Positions 10,053-20,186 are shown, counted from the stretch's first letter. The stretch: DNA of 56,679 nucleotides from an uncultured Clostridia bacterium (GCA_944388755.1 CALXJY010000006.1:1-56679); one strand, 5' to 3'. Numbers and translations are program-made. Notes: generated by a model from the letters alone, not told the origin.

Positions 10053-11261
10053 TTAGATATTTTTAAATTCTTCTAACTTATATAATTCTTTTAAAGGAAT
10101 ATTATTTTTTTCAGCTAGTTCTTTTATACTCTCATATTCAGGATAAATATATATTTTGCCATTACTTGTTACTTTTTTTGCTTTTAATTTACCATATTTA
10201 GTATCTATTTCTATTAATTCTCTTTCAAGTTCTGTACGAAATTCAAAGCAATACCTAATTCCTATTGTTGTAGTTTCTCTAAACATTATATTTTGTAATT
10301 TGTATATATCTTCTTTTTTACAAGCAACTGTTAATTTATACGCTGGTCTTCCTTTTTTCATAAAAATTGGTGTGTAAAATACGTCTAATGCTCCGTTTTG
10401 AAATAATTTTTCACAAGTATATCCTAATATTTCTCCAGAGCAGTCATCTACATTTGTTTCCATTATAACAAAATTTTCATTTGGTTTTTCCATATCTCCA
10501 TAATATACTTTTAATATATTCGGAATTTTTAAATCTTTATAACCTGCTCCCCAACCTATTTTTTCTGTTGTCATTACAGGTAAAGTTGTAAATTCATCTG
10601 CAAGTTCTGCTATAATTGCTGCACCTGTTGGTGTAACTAATTCTGTATCAACATCTATTTGTCTAAATTTAACACTTGCTCCTGCAAAAATTTCACTTGT
10701 TGCAGGTACTGGAACTGACATAATTCCATGGGCACATTCTATAAAGCCATATCCGTCATTTACAACACTAGAAATAATCTTATTTGGATTTATCTTCTTA
10801 ATTAAAATTGCTGTTCCTACAATATCTACAATTGAATCTATTGCTCCTACTTCGTGAAAATGTACTTCATTTAATGGTTTATTATGAACTTTACTTTCTG
10901 CTTTTGCTACTCTTAAAAATATTCTTTTTGCTAAATTTTTTACATCATCATTTAAAGAACTTTCATCAATTATTTTATTAACATCATCTAAATTTCTATG
11001 CTCGTGATGATGGTGTTCGTGGTAATGCTCATGTTCTTCATGTTCATGGTCGTGATGATGTTCGTGTTCTAAAATTACATCAACATAAGTACCTGTTATT
11101 CCGTTTTTTACTTTTTTAGAAATTTCTATTTTATAACCATCAACATTTAATTTTTTTAATTCATTTATCAAGTAATTATTATCACCTATTATTTCTGTTA
11201 ATGCTCCAAGTGCCATGTTTCCACTAATACCACTTGAACAGTCAAAGTATAATATTTTCAA
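10053..11261 (-). CDS. larC: Nickel pincer cofactor biosynthesis protein LarC
   Basis: YFDCSSGISGNMALGAL, His-rich stretch, VHFHEVGAIDSIVDIVG, ELVTPTGAA, ETNVDD, MKKGRP, PEYE. Confidence 0.93.
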   Translation of the reverse strand: MKILYFDCSSGISGNMALGALTEIIGDNNYLINELKKLNVDGYKIEISKKVKNGITGTYVDVILEHEHHHDHEHEEHEHYHEHHHHEHRNLDDVNKIIDESSLNDDVKNLAKRIFLRVAKAESKVHNKPLNEVHFHEVGAIDSIVDIVGTAILIKKINPNKIISSVVNDGYGFIECAHGIMSVPVPATSEIFAGASVKFRQIDVDTELVTPTGAAIIAELADEFTTLPVMTTEKIGWGAGYKDLKIPNILKVYYGDMEKPNENFVIMETNVDDCSGEILGYTCEKLFQNGALDVFYTPIFMKKGRPAYKLTVACKKEDIYKLQNIMFRETTTIGIRYCFEFRTELERELIEIDTKYGKLKAKKVTSNGKIYIYPEYESIKELAEKNNIPLKELYKLEEFKNI

Positions 11262-11262
11262 A

Positions 11263-12147
11263 TTAATCCCCCTTTATTAATTCATATTCTCTTGTTCCAA
11301 TTCCTAGTTCTGTTGCTGCTTCTACTGTATGAACACCATGTAAAGATTCTATTCTTTTTATTAAAATGTCTTTTCCTGGATCTTCTGAATTATACACAAG
11401 ATCTAAACAAGCCTGGTCTATTGCAACTGGATCTAATGATGCTAAAATTCCTATATCTTTCATACATGGTAGCGATGCATTTCCATCACAATCACAGTCT
11501 TTTGATATATTTTTCATAACATTTATAAATGCTATATTTCCTTTAAAATAGTTTACGACTGATTCTGCTGCATCTGCCATTGCCTCTAAAAATCTGTCTT
11601 GTTCTGGCAAATTGTCAAATAATTTAGTTTGGTCATCTGTTGCTCCAGCAGTATGAATTAAAGTTTTTCCTGCTGATGAACCACATCCTATAGATAATTG
11701 TTTTAATGCTCCACCATAACCTCCCATTGCGTGTCCTTTAAAATGTGACAATACAAGCATTGAATCATAATTTTCTAAATTTTTTCCAACATAATTTTTC
11801 TTTAAAACTTTTCCATTTGGAATATCTAATACCAAATCAGGTCCTTCTCTATCTAATAAATCAAAATTAAAATATTTGTCCCATTCATGTTCTTTGATAA
11901 GTTGTAAATGTTTTTCTGTATGGTTTCTTGCTCCCTCATATGCTGTATTACATTCTACAACTGTTCCCTTAACATAATCAACCATATCTTTTACAAATTC
12001 TGGTCTTAAATAATTTTGGTTTCCTTTTTCTCCTGAATGCATTTTTACTGCAACTTTTCCTGGTAATTCTTTACCTAGTGTTTTAAACATTTTTACAATA
12101 TTTTTTGGTGTGATTTCCTTACTAAAATAAACTTTTGATTTTTCCAT
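11263..12147 (-). CDS. DUF362 domain (Fe-S related) protein
   Basis: VAVKMHSGE, SHFKGHAMGGYGGALKQLSIG, CDC, SLDPVAIDQAC. Confidence 0.85.
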   Translation of the reverse strand: MEKSKVYFSKEITPKNIVKMFKTLGKELPGKVAVKMHSGEKGNQNYLRPEFVKDMVDYVKGTVVECNTAYEGARNHTEKHLQLIKEHEWDKYFNFDLLDREGPDLVLDIPNGKVLKKNYVGKNLENYDSMLVLSHFKGHAMGGYGGALKQLSIGCGSSAGKTLIHTAGATDDQTKLFDNLPEQDRFLEAMADAAESVVNYFKGNIAFINVMKNISKDCDCDGNASLPCMKDIGILASLDPVAIDQACLDLVYNSEDPGKDILIKRIESLHGVHTVEAATELGIGTREYELIKGD

Positions 12148-12167
12148 AATCAATTCCTCCTTAAAAA

Positions 12168-12635
12168 TTAATTTATCCAATTTGTTAAATCTTCGTCATT
12201 TTCTCTTCCTGTTAATCTTTTTCCCTCTTTCCAATTATAGCTTGGATATGTTTTTCTTAAATCATTTTCAGCATAACTCATACCTGAACCACCTGAAGTA
12301 CAAAATGGTATTAATGTTTTTCCTGTAAAATCTTTGCTTTCAATAAAAGTATTTACAATTGTTGGGCAGACTCCCCACCAAATAGGAAATCCTATTAAAA
12401 TAGTGTCATAACTACTTATATCTAAACTATTTTCTTTCATTTTTGGTCTAAAAGTTTTATTCTGCATCTCGATTGATGACCTACTTTGTTTATTTGTCCA
12501 GTCTAAATCTTCTGATGTATATTTTTGTATTGGCTCAATTTCAAATAAATCCCCATTAACTGCTTTTGCAATTTTTTCTGCAACTCTTTTTGTGACACCA
12601 CTTGCTGAAAAGTAACTTACTAAAACTTTGCTCAT
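12168..12635 (-). CDS. Flavodoxin
   Basis: YFSASGVT, GFPIWWG, PFCTSGGSG. Confidence 0.9.
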   Translation of the reverse strand: MSKVLVSYFSASGVTKRVAEKIAKAVNGDLFEIEPIQKYTSEDLDWTNKQSRSSIEMQNKTFRPKMKENSLDISSYDTILIGFPIWWGVCPTIVNTFIESKDFTGKTLIPFCTSGGSGMSYAENDLRKTYPSYNWKEGKRLTGRENDEDLTNWIN

Positions 12636-12663
12636 TATAAATTCCCCCCATCTTAAAATAGAA

Positions 12664-12960
12664 TTAATTTTCCTTTTCTACAAATTGCTCTACTCTCATA
12701 CGAAGATGATATTTATCTCTTAATTTTGCTATTTCTTTCATCATAGGAGATTTATGATGTTCATCTAATGCTTCCTTGCTTTCCCATCTATCTATTAAAA
12801 GGAGTGTTTCTGGATCATCCATTGGAAAGAAATAGTTATATCTTAAATTTCCTTTTTCAGCTCTTACTCTACCTACTATTCCACTTGAAACCATTTCTTC
12901 TGCAAATTCTTTAGCTGTTCCATTTTCTCCTGTATAATATATATTAATTGTTAAACTCAT
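12664..12960 (-). CDS. ABM (antibiotic biosynthesis monooxygenase) family protein
   Basis: RAEKGNLRYNYF..LLLIDRWESKEALDEHH. Confidence 0.8.
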   Translation of the reverse strand: MSLTINIYYTGENGTAKEFAEEMVSSGIVGRVRAEKGNLRYNYFFPMDDPETLLLIDRWESKEALDEHHKSPMMKEIAKLRDKYHLRMRVEQFVEKEN

Positions 12961-12976
12961 ATTAAATCCCTCTTTT

Positions 12977-13579
12977 CTAATTAACTTTTTCGATAGTAAC
13001 TTCAAAATCATTATTCATATTTTCAAATATTTCTGTTCCACTTTCTATAGTTCCTAATTTATATAAGGAATTTGAATACCTAAAATCTTTATAAAACACT
13101 GATATATTTCCCCAAGGGGCATAATATGCAAAATCTCCTGTTTCTGGAGTATAACCAGAAGGTTGTCCTTCTGTACTTAGTTCATTTGGCAAGGTTGCAA
13201 TTTTTTCCGTACTATTAAAATCTTCAAATGTTAGTGTTAAAGGTAGCATTTCTAAAAAATCTCGACTTGCTTGATTATCTTCTAACTTTACAAATACTTC
13301 TTCATTTCCATTTACAGTTAATTTAATTCTTACATTTTCCAAAATTTCTTCATCTCCTTGAATTTGTGTATTTTGCTCTGTGCTTTCATTGTTGTTTTCT
13401 GTATTATTTTCTATACTACCAGTTAATAAATTTTGAGTATTTACATTTTGTTTTTCTCTTTGAATTAATATATCTTCTTGCCTTCCGAAATTATATACTA
13501 TTAAACCTATTATAATACCAACGATAATTACTACTAAAATTATTGCTATTGATACTGTTTTCTTATTTATTCTTTTCAT
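12977..13579 (-). CDS. Membrane-anchored cyclophilin-like fold protein
   Basis: N-terminal TM helix, N/Q-rich linker, DFLEMLPLTL..EK..GDFAYYAPWGN. Confidence 0.8.
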   Translation of the reverse strand: MKRINKKTVSIAIILVVIIVGIIIGLIVYNFGRQEDILIQREKQNVNTQNLLTGSIENNTENNNESTEQNTQIQGDEEILENVRIKLTVNGNEEVFVKLEDNQASRDFLEMLPLTLTFEDFNSTEKIATLPNELSTEGQPSGYTPETGDFAYYAPWGNISVFYKDFRYSNSLYKLGTIESGTEIFENMNNDFEVTIEKVN

Positions 13580-13603
13580 ACTTTATTACTTCCTTATTAC
13601 CTA

Positions 13604-14320
13604 TTAAAAACCAATTTGAGATAACCAATTATTTACTGTGCTTTGTGAATTTCTGCTACTACTTCCACTTACTGCTAGTCCTTCTGTTACTGTTGCATTT
13701 GGTTCTTCATTTTGTATTGTTCGTGGTGTCCCAGAAAGTCCTGATCCTCCTGATGTGCAGAATGGTGCTATTGTTTTTCCTGATAAATCATACTCATCTA
13801 AAAATGAATATATAATCATTGGCATATCTCCCCACCAATTTGGATAACCTAAGAAAATTGTGTCATATTCATCAATATTATCAATTTGAGTAGCAATTTC
13901 TGGTCTTGCATCATTTCTTTGTTCTTCTTGTGCTACATCTAATAATGTATTATAGTCATCTATATATGCATTTACTGGCTCTAATTTTATAATATCTCCA
14001 CCTACTGCTTCATGTATGAAATGTGCAACATTTTCAGTATTTCCTGTGTGTGAAAAATATACAACTAATGTTCTTCCTGTTTCTTCTATTTGTGGTTCTT
14101 CGTTTGTAACTTCATTTGAGTTTGACACAGCATTTTGATTCATATTATTTTCATCTCCTGCATTTTCTAAATTTGTAGAATTTTGTTCTACATTATTTCT
14201 TGTTTTGTTTGTATTTGCCAATTCTTGATTATTATTATTTGAAGTAACCATATAAGCTATTATTCCTAATATTGCAAGTATTATTATTGCAACAATTAAA
14301 ACTACTATTTTTTTATTCAT
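13604..14320 (-). CDS. Membrane-anchored flavodoxin
   Basis: N-terminal TM helix, Asn-rich linker, VYFSHTGNT, GYPNWWG, PFCTSGGSG. Confidence 0.85.
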   Translation of the reverse strand: MNKKIVVLIVAIIILAILGIIAYMVTSNNNNQELANTNKTRNNVEQNSTNLENAGDENNMNQNAVSNSNEVTNEEPQIEETGRTLVVYFSHTGNTENVAHFIHEAVGGDIIKLEPVNAYIDDYNTLLDVAQEEQRNDARPEIATQIDNIDEYDTIFLGYPNWWGDMPMIIYSFLDEYDLSGKTIAPFCTSGGSGLSGTPRTIQNEEPNATVTEGLAVSGSSSRNSQSTVNNWLSQIGF

Positions 14321-14333
14321 CCTATTTTTCCTC

Positions 14334-14759
14334 CTAACCTAACTTATTGTATTCCTCATCAGTAACTTCTTCACACCACTCATTTTTTGTATCTTCTCCT
14401 GGTACTTCTATTGCAATATGTGAAAACCAACTGTCTTTTTTTGCGCCGTGCCAATGTTTTACATTTGCAGGAATTACTATTACTTTTCCTGGCTCTAAAC
14501 TTACTGCTTCTTTTCCTTCTTCTTGATACCAGCCATGACCTGCTGTGCATATTAAAATTTGTCCTCCATTTTTACTTGCGTGATGTATATGCCAATTATT
14601 TCTACAGCCTGGCTCAAATGTTACATTTGCTAAAAATATTGGACTTGTATTATCTACTAATGGATTTAGATAACTATTTCCTACAAAATACTTAGCAAAC
14701 GCATCATTTGGATTACCCTTTCCGAACATATTTACTTTTTCAAATTCTTTTTCTTCCAT
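14334..14759 (-). CDS. Cupin domain protein
   Basis: NVTFEPGCRNNWHIH, GGQILI, KHWHGA. Confidence 0.88.
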   Translation of the reverse strand: MEEKEFEKVNMFGKGNPNDAFAKYFVGNSYLNPLVDNTSPIFLANVTFEPGCRNNWHIHHASKNGGQILICTAGHGWYQEEGKEAVSLEPGKVIVIPANVKHWHGAKKDSWFSHIAIEVPGEDTKNEWCEEVTDEEYNKLG

Positions 14760-14792
14760 AATCTACATTCTCCTTTTCTTATTTTAAATTTT

Positions 14793-15539
14793 TTATTCTG
14801 GTATTACTTGATTGATACAACTAATTGCATTTAAACTTCTTGGATAACCTATATAAGGCAAAAGTGCTGTTACTGTATTTAATAATGTTTGCTTATCATT
14901 TCCCACATTTACATTTCCTACAATATGCCCTTTTACTTGTGGCTCACAACCACCTTGTGATATTAGTATTGAAAATGTAATTAACTCTCTTTTTTTAACA
15001 TCTAAACCATTTCTTGTATAGAAATCACCAAAACAGTTATCTGATAAGAATTTTTGTATATGCACTTGATTCTTTGGAGAATTTTTATAATTGTTATCTA
15101 TTGTTTCTCCAAATATTGATTTTTGTACTTCTAGTCCTTTATCAAATCTATCTTCTATTGTAGTTGTTCCTTGCTTTTCTAATGGTAATTCAATTCCTCT
15201 TTCTTTAAAAATTCTATTTGTAGGTTCTAATAAATCTAAAACTTTTAAAATACCAACATAAGGAACTGATTGATATAGAATTTCTTTAATTTCAACTGGT
15301 GATACTCCGACATTTAATGCTGAATTTACAAATACTTCATACATCTTTTTTGTTTGTGTAGCAATAGTTGCTGCTAGTATTACCATTTGTCTTGTTCTTT
15401 TATCCAAATTGTCTTGTTCTTGTGCTTCATCTAGAGCAAAATTTAAAACAATTTCTTTTAGTTCCTCATCTTCCTTACTAAATTCAATATTTTTAAATAA
15501 TTCTTCGTAATTTTCAATTGCTTTTTTTGTAACACTCAT
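14793..15539 (-). CDS. Carboxymuconolactone decarboxylase (CMD/AhpD-like) family, two domains
   Basis: EILYQSVPYVG, FGDFYTRNGLD..RELIT, PYIGYPRSLNA. Confidence 0.85.
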   Translation of the reverse strand: MSVTKKAIENYEELFKNIEFSKEDEELKEIVLNFALDEAQEQDNLDKRTRQMVILAATIATQTKKMYEVFVNSALNVGVSPVEIKEILYQSVPYVGILKVLDLLEPTNRIFKERGIELPLEKQGTTTIEDRFDKGLEVQKSIFGETIDNNYKNSPKNQVHIQKFLSDNCFGDFYTRNGLDVKKRELITFSILISQGGCEPQVKGHIVGNVNVGNDKQTLLNTVTALLPYIGYPRSLNAISCINQVIPE

Positions 15540-15543
15540 TGTT

Positions 15544-16612
15544 TTAAACCTCCTTTACATTATTTTTATTTTTTACCTTCTTTATCAAATTGAAGATAAT
15601 ATAAATAATAAGTGAAATTGCAAGTAAAATTGCTATATATTTTAAATAAAATGATCTTGTACTTTGTTCATAGTCAAAAAACTTAAAGTCTACCAATAAA
15701 AACATTTCTTCCCATAATCGTAATGATATAAATGAATATATACCAAAACATATTAAAAGTAATAATATAAAATAATATACATATTCAAATGTACTATTTT
15801 TCATTTTTGTATTTAATTCATTCATTATTCCTGTTATATGAAGTCCTACATGAATTGCCATTAGCACAAATCCCCACGAAGTCGAAATCATGTGCAAACT
15901 TCTTCCAAACATAGTTGTTTTAATATTTAAAAATTCAAATACATCTGATGAAATCATTATTCCACTTATCATCATTCCTATCATTGCTATAAACAGCAAA
16001 AGATTTATAACAATGTGGAATATCCTTTGAAAATTGTGTTTTCCCTTAAATATGCTCTTATACCATTTTATATTTAAAATATTATGTATGATAAATAATA
16101 CAAATGTTATTGTTCCTAGTATTTCGTGAACTGTATTATCTGTATTGTCTGCATTTCTTACCACTCTAAAACCTATATTATTCATCTTTTGAGTTGGTGT
16201 TGTTGAAGCTCTATATGCTGACCTTAAATGTTTTGCATAATCATTCCAACTTCCACCTCTATTCACTTTTAATGTCCCAGTTTCTGCTCCAGTAGGGTTA
16301 TTAGTATTTTTCTCCATACTCTTTTTGGCTTACTTCTGTCGCTGAAATATAAAAGTCATTTACTGTAACTTCGTGTTGTACTTCATCTGTTTCTCTTTGC
16401 ATTTCATCTTCTAGACTTCCCATTTGGAAAGTATCACCATTAATTAGTATCATGCCATTGGTCTGTTGTACATTTGAATTATTATTCTGTACTTGGCTTA
16501 TATTGTTATTGTTGTTTTCATTATCATTTTGTAAATATATTGCAAATACAATACCAGCAATTACAATAAAAATAATTATTGCAATTATTAATGCGATTAC
16601 TTTTTTATTCAT
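15544..16612 (-). pseudogene. Internally deleted, frameshifted FGE-sulfatase (SUMF1-like) gene fused to a 5'-truncated DUF4405 membrane protein
   Basis: 16301-16612: TM + GDTFQMGS..HEVTVNDFYISATEVSQ (FGE N-term). 15544-16317: RGGSW..LRSAYR..GFRVVRN (FGE C-term) then HEILG..HNILN..H..HVGLH (DUF4405). Confidence 0.7.
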
Positions 16613-16657
16613 AATCTTCCCTCCAAATATATATTTTTTAAATTTTAAAAACTAAAA

Positions 16658-17191
16658 TTATTTAATTTTTTTGCCTAACTCATACGCTTCTTTATAAAAA
16701 TGTTCTGGTATCATACCTACTGTGCCACAACCCTTTCCTATAATCATACCTTCATCTTTATAATTCATATAATTTACTAATTTTTTATAATGTACAATTA
16801 ATGGTTCTACTGTGGAATTATCTGTATTCCAACAAGTCATTATATAAGCTGTTTTTAATCTTTTTCTACTTATTCTACCTGTTCGTGAATAAAATCTATC
16901 AATAGTCGCTTTTAAGGTAGCTGTCATAGCAAAATAGTATACTGGTGTTGCAAATACTAACATATCTGCATCTTCTATATTATCTAAAATTTTTATCATA
17001 TCATCTTGAAATACACAGTCGCCATCCATACCACAATGGTTACAACCAATACAAGGATGAATATTTAAGTGTGCTGTATCAAACCTTACAATTTCATTTC
17101 CGTTTTCTTTTGCACCTTTTATAAATTCATCTACTAATGTATTAGATGTTCCGTGTAAATTATAACTTCCTGTTAATATCACTATTTTCAT
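16658..17191 (-). CDS. Iron-sulfur flavoprotein / NADPH-dependent FMN reductase family
   Basis: CIGCNHC..C..DDM, ATPVYY, KATIDRF. Confidence 0.88.
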   Translation of the reverse strand: MKIVILTGSYNLHGTSNTLVDEFIKGAKENGNEIVRFDTAHLNIHPCIGCNHCGMDGDCVFQDDMIKILDNIEDADMLVFATPVYYFAMTATLKATIDRFYSRTGRISRKRLKTAYIMTCWNTDNSTVEPLIVHYKKLVNYMNYKDEGMIIGKGCGTVGMIPEHFYKEAYELGKKIK

Positions 17192-17213
17192 TGTTTCAAA
17201 CCTCCTGTAAAAT

Positions 17214-17825
17214 TTATTTTAATAATTTTAATAATCCATTATAAGTAATTTCATATATAGTTTGGAACTTAAACGGTACTTTTGCTTTTTCCATTGCTTC
17301 CTTTTGTTTTTCTGTTACTTCAGCATAAGGGTATATGCCATACATAAATGGGAAAAATGAAAATATGAATTTGTCTTTTTCCTCTTCTGACATATCTTTA
17401 AAAAATTTATCAATACATTTTCTTACCATTTCTACTGATCTACCATAAGCTGTTTTAAATTTTATTAATTCTTCTATTCTACTGTTTTCTTCCATATCAT
17501 ACATATTCATTGAAAGTAACTTTAATAGATTTTTTCTTTTTTCTATGGTTTTGGCTAATTTATCAGCAAAACTTTCTTTTGTTAGTTCTTCATTTTTACT
17601 ATACAATTCCTCTAAATCTTTTATCCAGTTTTCATATTCTTTTTTAAAAAGTGCTAAAAATATTTCTTCTTTTGTTTGGAAATAATAGTATATAGAAGTT
17701 CTTGAAAACTTTCCTTGCTCTCCAATTCCTTTTATTGTAATGTCTTTAAAACTTGTTTCTTTATAAAGTTCCTCACAAGCCTTAATAATTTCTTCTTTCT
17801 TATCTTCTCCTATTTCACTATTCAT
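17214..17825 (-). CDS. TetR/AcrR family transcriptional regulator
   Basis: ITIKGIG..SRTSIYYYFQTKEEIFL HTH. Confidence 0.92.
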   Translation of the reverse strand: MNSEIGEDKKEEIIKACEELYKETSFKDITIKGIGEQGKFSRTSIYYYFQTKEEIFLALFKKEYENWIKDLEELYSKNEELTKESFADKLAKTIEKRKNLLKLLSMNMYDMEENSRIEELIKFKTAYGRSVEMVRKCIDKFFKDMSEEEKDKFIFSFFPFMYGIYPYAEVTEKQKEAMEKAKVPFKFQTIYEITYNGLLKLLK

Positions 17826-17841
17826 TTTTTGCCTCCTTTTT

Positions 17842-17896
17842 TCGACATTATGTCAACTTCCATCTATTATATATCACTTTTTTGACATCATGTCAA
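17842..17896. promoter_or_regulatory. Two palindromic operators (TYGACA-N3-TGTCAA), likely TetR autoregulation
   Basis: TCGACATTATGTCAA 17842-17856 and TTGACATCATGTCAA 17882-17896. Confidence 0.75.
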
Positions 17897-17910
17897 TAGG
17901 TTTTTAGAAT

Positions 17911-18120
17911 AAATCGGAAAGCCTTATAATTTTGCAATAATTTAACTTTTCTCTTTGGCTTTCCGCTATTTTGTTTTGCACCAAATTTATGAAATAAATT
18001 TTTGTGCAACATGTTTTATCTATTAGAAAAGTCAGCATGACTTTCTTTTGAAAATAAAATCTTATTTACACTTTGAGTTGCGCAACTTAAAGTTTCATGG
18101 TATTTCCTAATAGATAAAAA
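17911..18120. repeat. Palindromic intergenic repeat family 2 (long composite form)
   Basis: Modules shared with 82-117, 4855-4920 and 47455-47553; nested hairpins. Confidence 0.7.
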
Positions 18121-18170
18121 AAGACAAATGATTCTTATCATCTGCCTTATTTCTTGTAATTTATCATACA

Positions 18171-19655
18171 CTATCTTTCTAATTTTATATTTTTCGTTGC
18201 TACTTTTTCTATAAAAATCTCATCGTGTTCCACAAAAATTAGCGTAGGTTTATATTTCAAAATTGCATCTTCAATTTGTTCTCTCGTTAATATATCAATA
18301 AAATTCAAAGGCTCATCCCAAATATAGATGTTAGCTTGTTCTGATATACTTTTTGCAATTAAAACTTTTTTCTTTTGACCTTCACTCATATCTTCTATAT
18401 TGGTATCAAAGTCAGATTTTGATAATCCCATTTTTACTAGCATTGCTTTAAAAATGCTTTCATCTATTTCATTTTTATACACAAATTCTTTTAAATTTCC
18501 ATTTAAATATTCTGTACTTTGAGAAACATAAGATATTTTTATATTGTTTACAACATTTATTTCTCCATCGTATTGTATATTTTGACCTAAAATAAGTTTT
18601 AAAACACTTGATTTACCAATACCATTTTTCCCTACTATTGCAATTCTATCTCCATTATTTACTTCAAAGGAAATAGGCTTAAATATTAATTCATTATTAT
18701 ACTTTATTTGTAATTTATTTACTGAAATTAATGGTGTCTTATTACTTGTTAATGGAATAATTTTTAGTGTATCATTTCTATCTATATTTTTTAATAAATT
18801 AGTCTTTTCATTTATTGCTTTTTGTATTCTTTGTTCCATAACCTTTGATTTTTTCATCATTTTAGCTGATTTATGTCCTAAATAACCTCTGTCTATTGTT
18901 TTCTCCGAATTATTTGTTTTATATTTTGACCTTTCAACTTCATTAGACCATTTTGCAGTATTTCGTGATGCAACTTCTAATTTATTTATATCTTTACTTA
19001 ATTTTTCGTTTTGTACCATTTCAAAATTATCTTTTCTTTCTTTATTTACTTTCCAAGATGAAAAATTTCCTTTTTGTATTTCAATATTAGTATTATTTAT
19101 AGAAATAATATGGTCTACAATTTTGTCTAAAAAAATTCTATCATGAGAAACTACTATAAATCCTTTTTTTCTATCTAAATAGTTAATTAAATTATTCCTC
19201 GTTTCTATATCCAAATGGCTTGTTGGCTCATCTATAAGTAAAAAGTTATTGCCTTTTAAGAATAAACTTATTAAAAGTATTTTTACTTGTTCTCCACCAC
19301 TTAACAAATTAAAATTCCTATAAAGAATTTCTGCATCTGTGTTTAATAAATTTAATTCTTTTATAATTTCCCAATCTTGAACATTTGGAGCTAAATCATT
19401 TACAATTTCTATTGTCAACTTTTCCTTATCTTTAACTTCAAACGGAAAATAATCGACATCCACACTTTTTGATATTGTTCCTTTATATTCATATTTACCT
19501 TGTAATAAATTCAGAAATGTTGTTTTACCTTTTCCATTTCTGCCTATTAACCCTAACTTCCAATCTGTATCTATATTAAATGTTACATTTTCAAATATAT
19601 TGTTATAACTTCCATCATATCCAAATGTTAAATTATTTATACTTATTAATGACAT
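18171..19655 (-). CDS. Lsa-family ABC-F ribosomal protection protein
   Basis: Two NBDs (GRNGKGKT, GKNGIGKS), no TM; N-terminus MSLISINNLTFGYDGSYNNIFENV..IDTDWKLG and linker DRGYLGHKSAKMMK resemble Lsa(E)/Lsa(B) as I recall them. Confidence 0.85.
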   Translation of the reverse strand: MSLISINNLTFGYDGSYNNIFENVTFNIDTDWKLGLIGRNGKGKTTFLNLLQGKYEYKGTISKSVDVDYFPFEVKDKEKLTIEIVNDLAPNVQDWEIIKELNLLNTDAEILYRNFNLLSGGEQVKILLISLFLKGNNFLLIDEPTSHLDIETRNNLINYLDRKKGFIVVSHDRIFLDKIVDHIISINNTNIEIQKGNFSSWKVNKERKDNFEMVQNEKLSKDINKLEVASRNTAKWSNEVERSKYKTNNSEKTIDRGYLGHKSAKMMKKSKVMEQRIQKAINEKTNLLKNIDRNDTLKIIPLTSNKTPLISVNKLQIKYNNELIFKPISFEVNNGDRIAIVGKNGIGKSSVLKLILGQNIQYDGEINVVNNIKISYVSQSTEYLNGNLKEFVYKNEIDESIFKAMLVKMGLSKSDFDTNIEDMSEGQKKKVLIAKSISEQANIYIWDEPLNFIDILTREQIEDAILKYKPTLIFVEHDEIFIEKVATKNIKLER

Positions 19656-19703
19656 TATTTCTCCTAATTTTATACATTCGTTTATATTCTGTAACCATTG
19701 ATA

Positions 19704-19753
19704 TTACTGATTTTTACCACAGCAATTTTTGTATTTCTTCCCACTTCCACATG
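19704..19753 (-). repeat. Displaced copy of the secA 3' end (att junction)
   Basis: Encodes [15 protein letters not shown] with no upstream ORF; shares CATGTGG with secA 23653-23659. Confidence 0.85.
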
Positions 19754-20186
19754 AATTAGAATACTTTGTATTATATATATTTACAATATTTTTGGTATTA
19801 TTAATATTTCAATATTTATAAGGACAAAGTAAGTTTTACATTTATAATATTTATATTATTTACTTTATTATAAGTATTTGTTTTCTGTGAACAAATCGTG
19901 GACATTGTCCACATCCGTTTACTAAGATTAATCCATATTATTGGTAAAAATTATTTATTATTTTCTTACCACTTATATTATATAGCACTTATTAATATTA
20001 ATCAAGTTGATAAAAAAATTTTACCTAAAACTTCGTTAATATTTAAAACTCTAGAATATATCATAAAAAGAATATAATATATGTAATAAATTATCCTATT
20101 CTTGTCTTTAATAACAATGATTCTTCCGATAATTCTAATTTCGTTTTTTCTTCCTAATATATATAATATTCTATTATGAATTAGAA

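Noticed and set aside
10995-11070. Short tandem-like repeats in larC
   Set aside because: They encode the expected His-rich Ni-binding linker.
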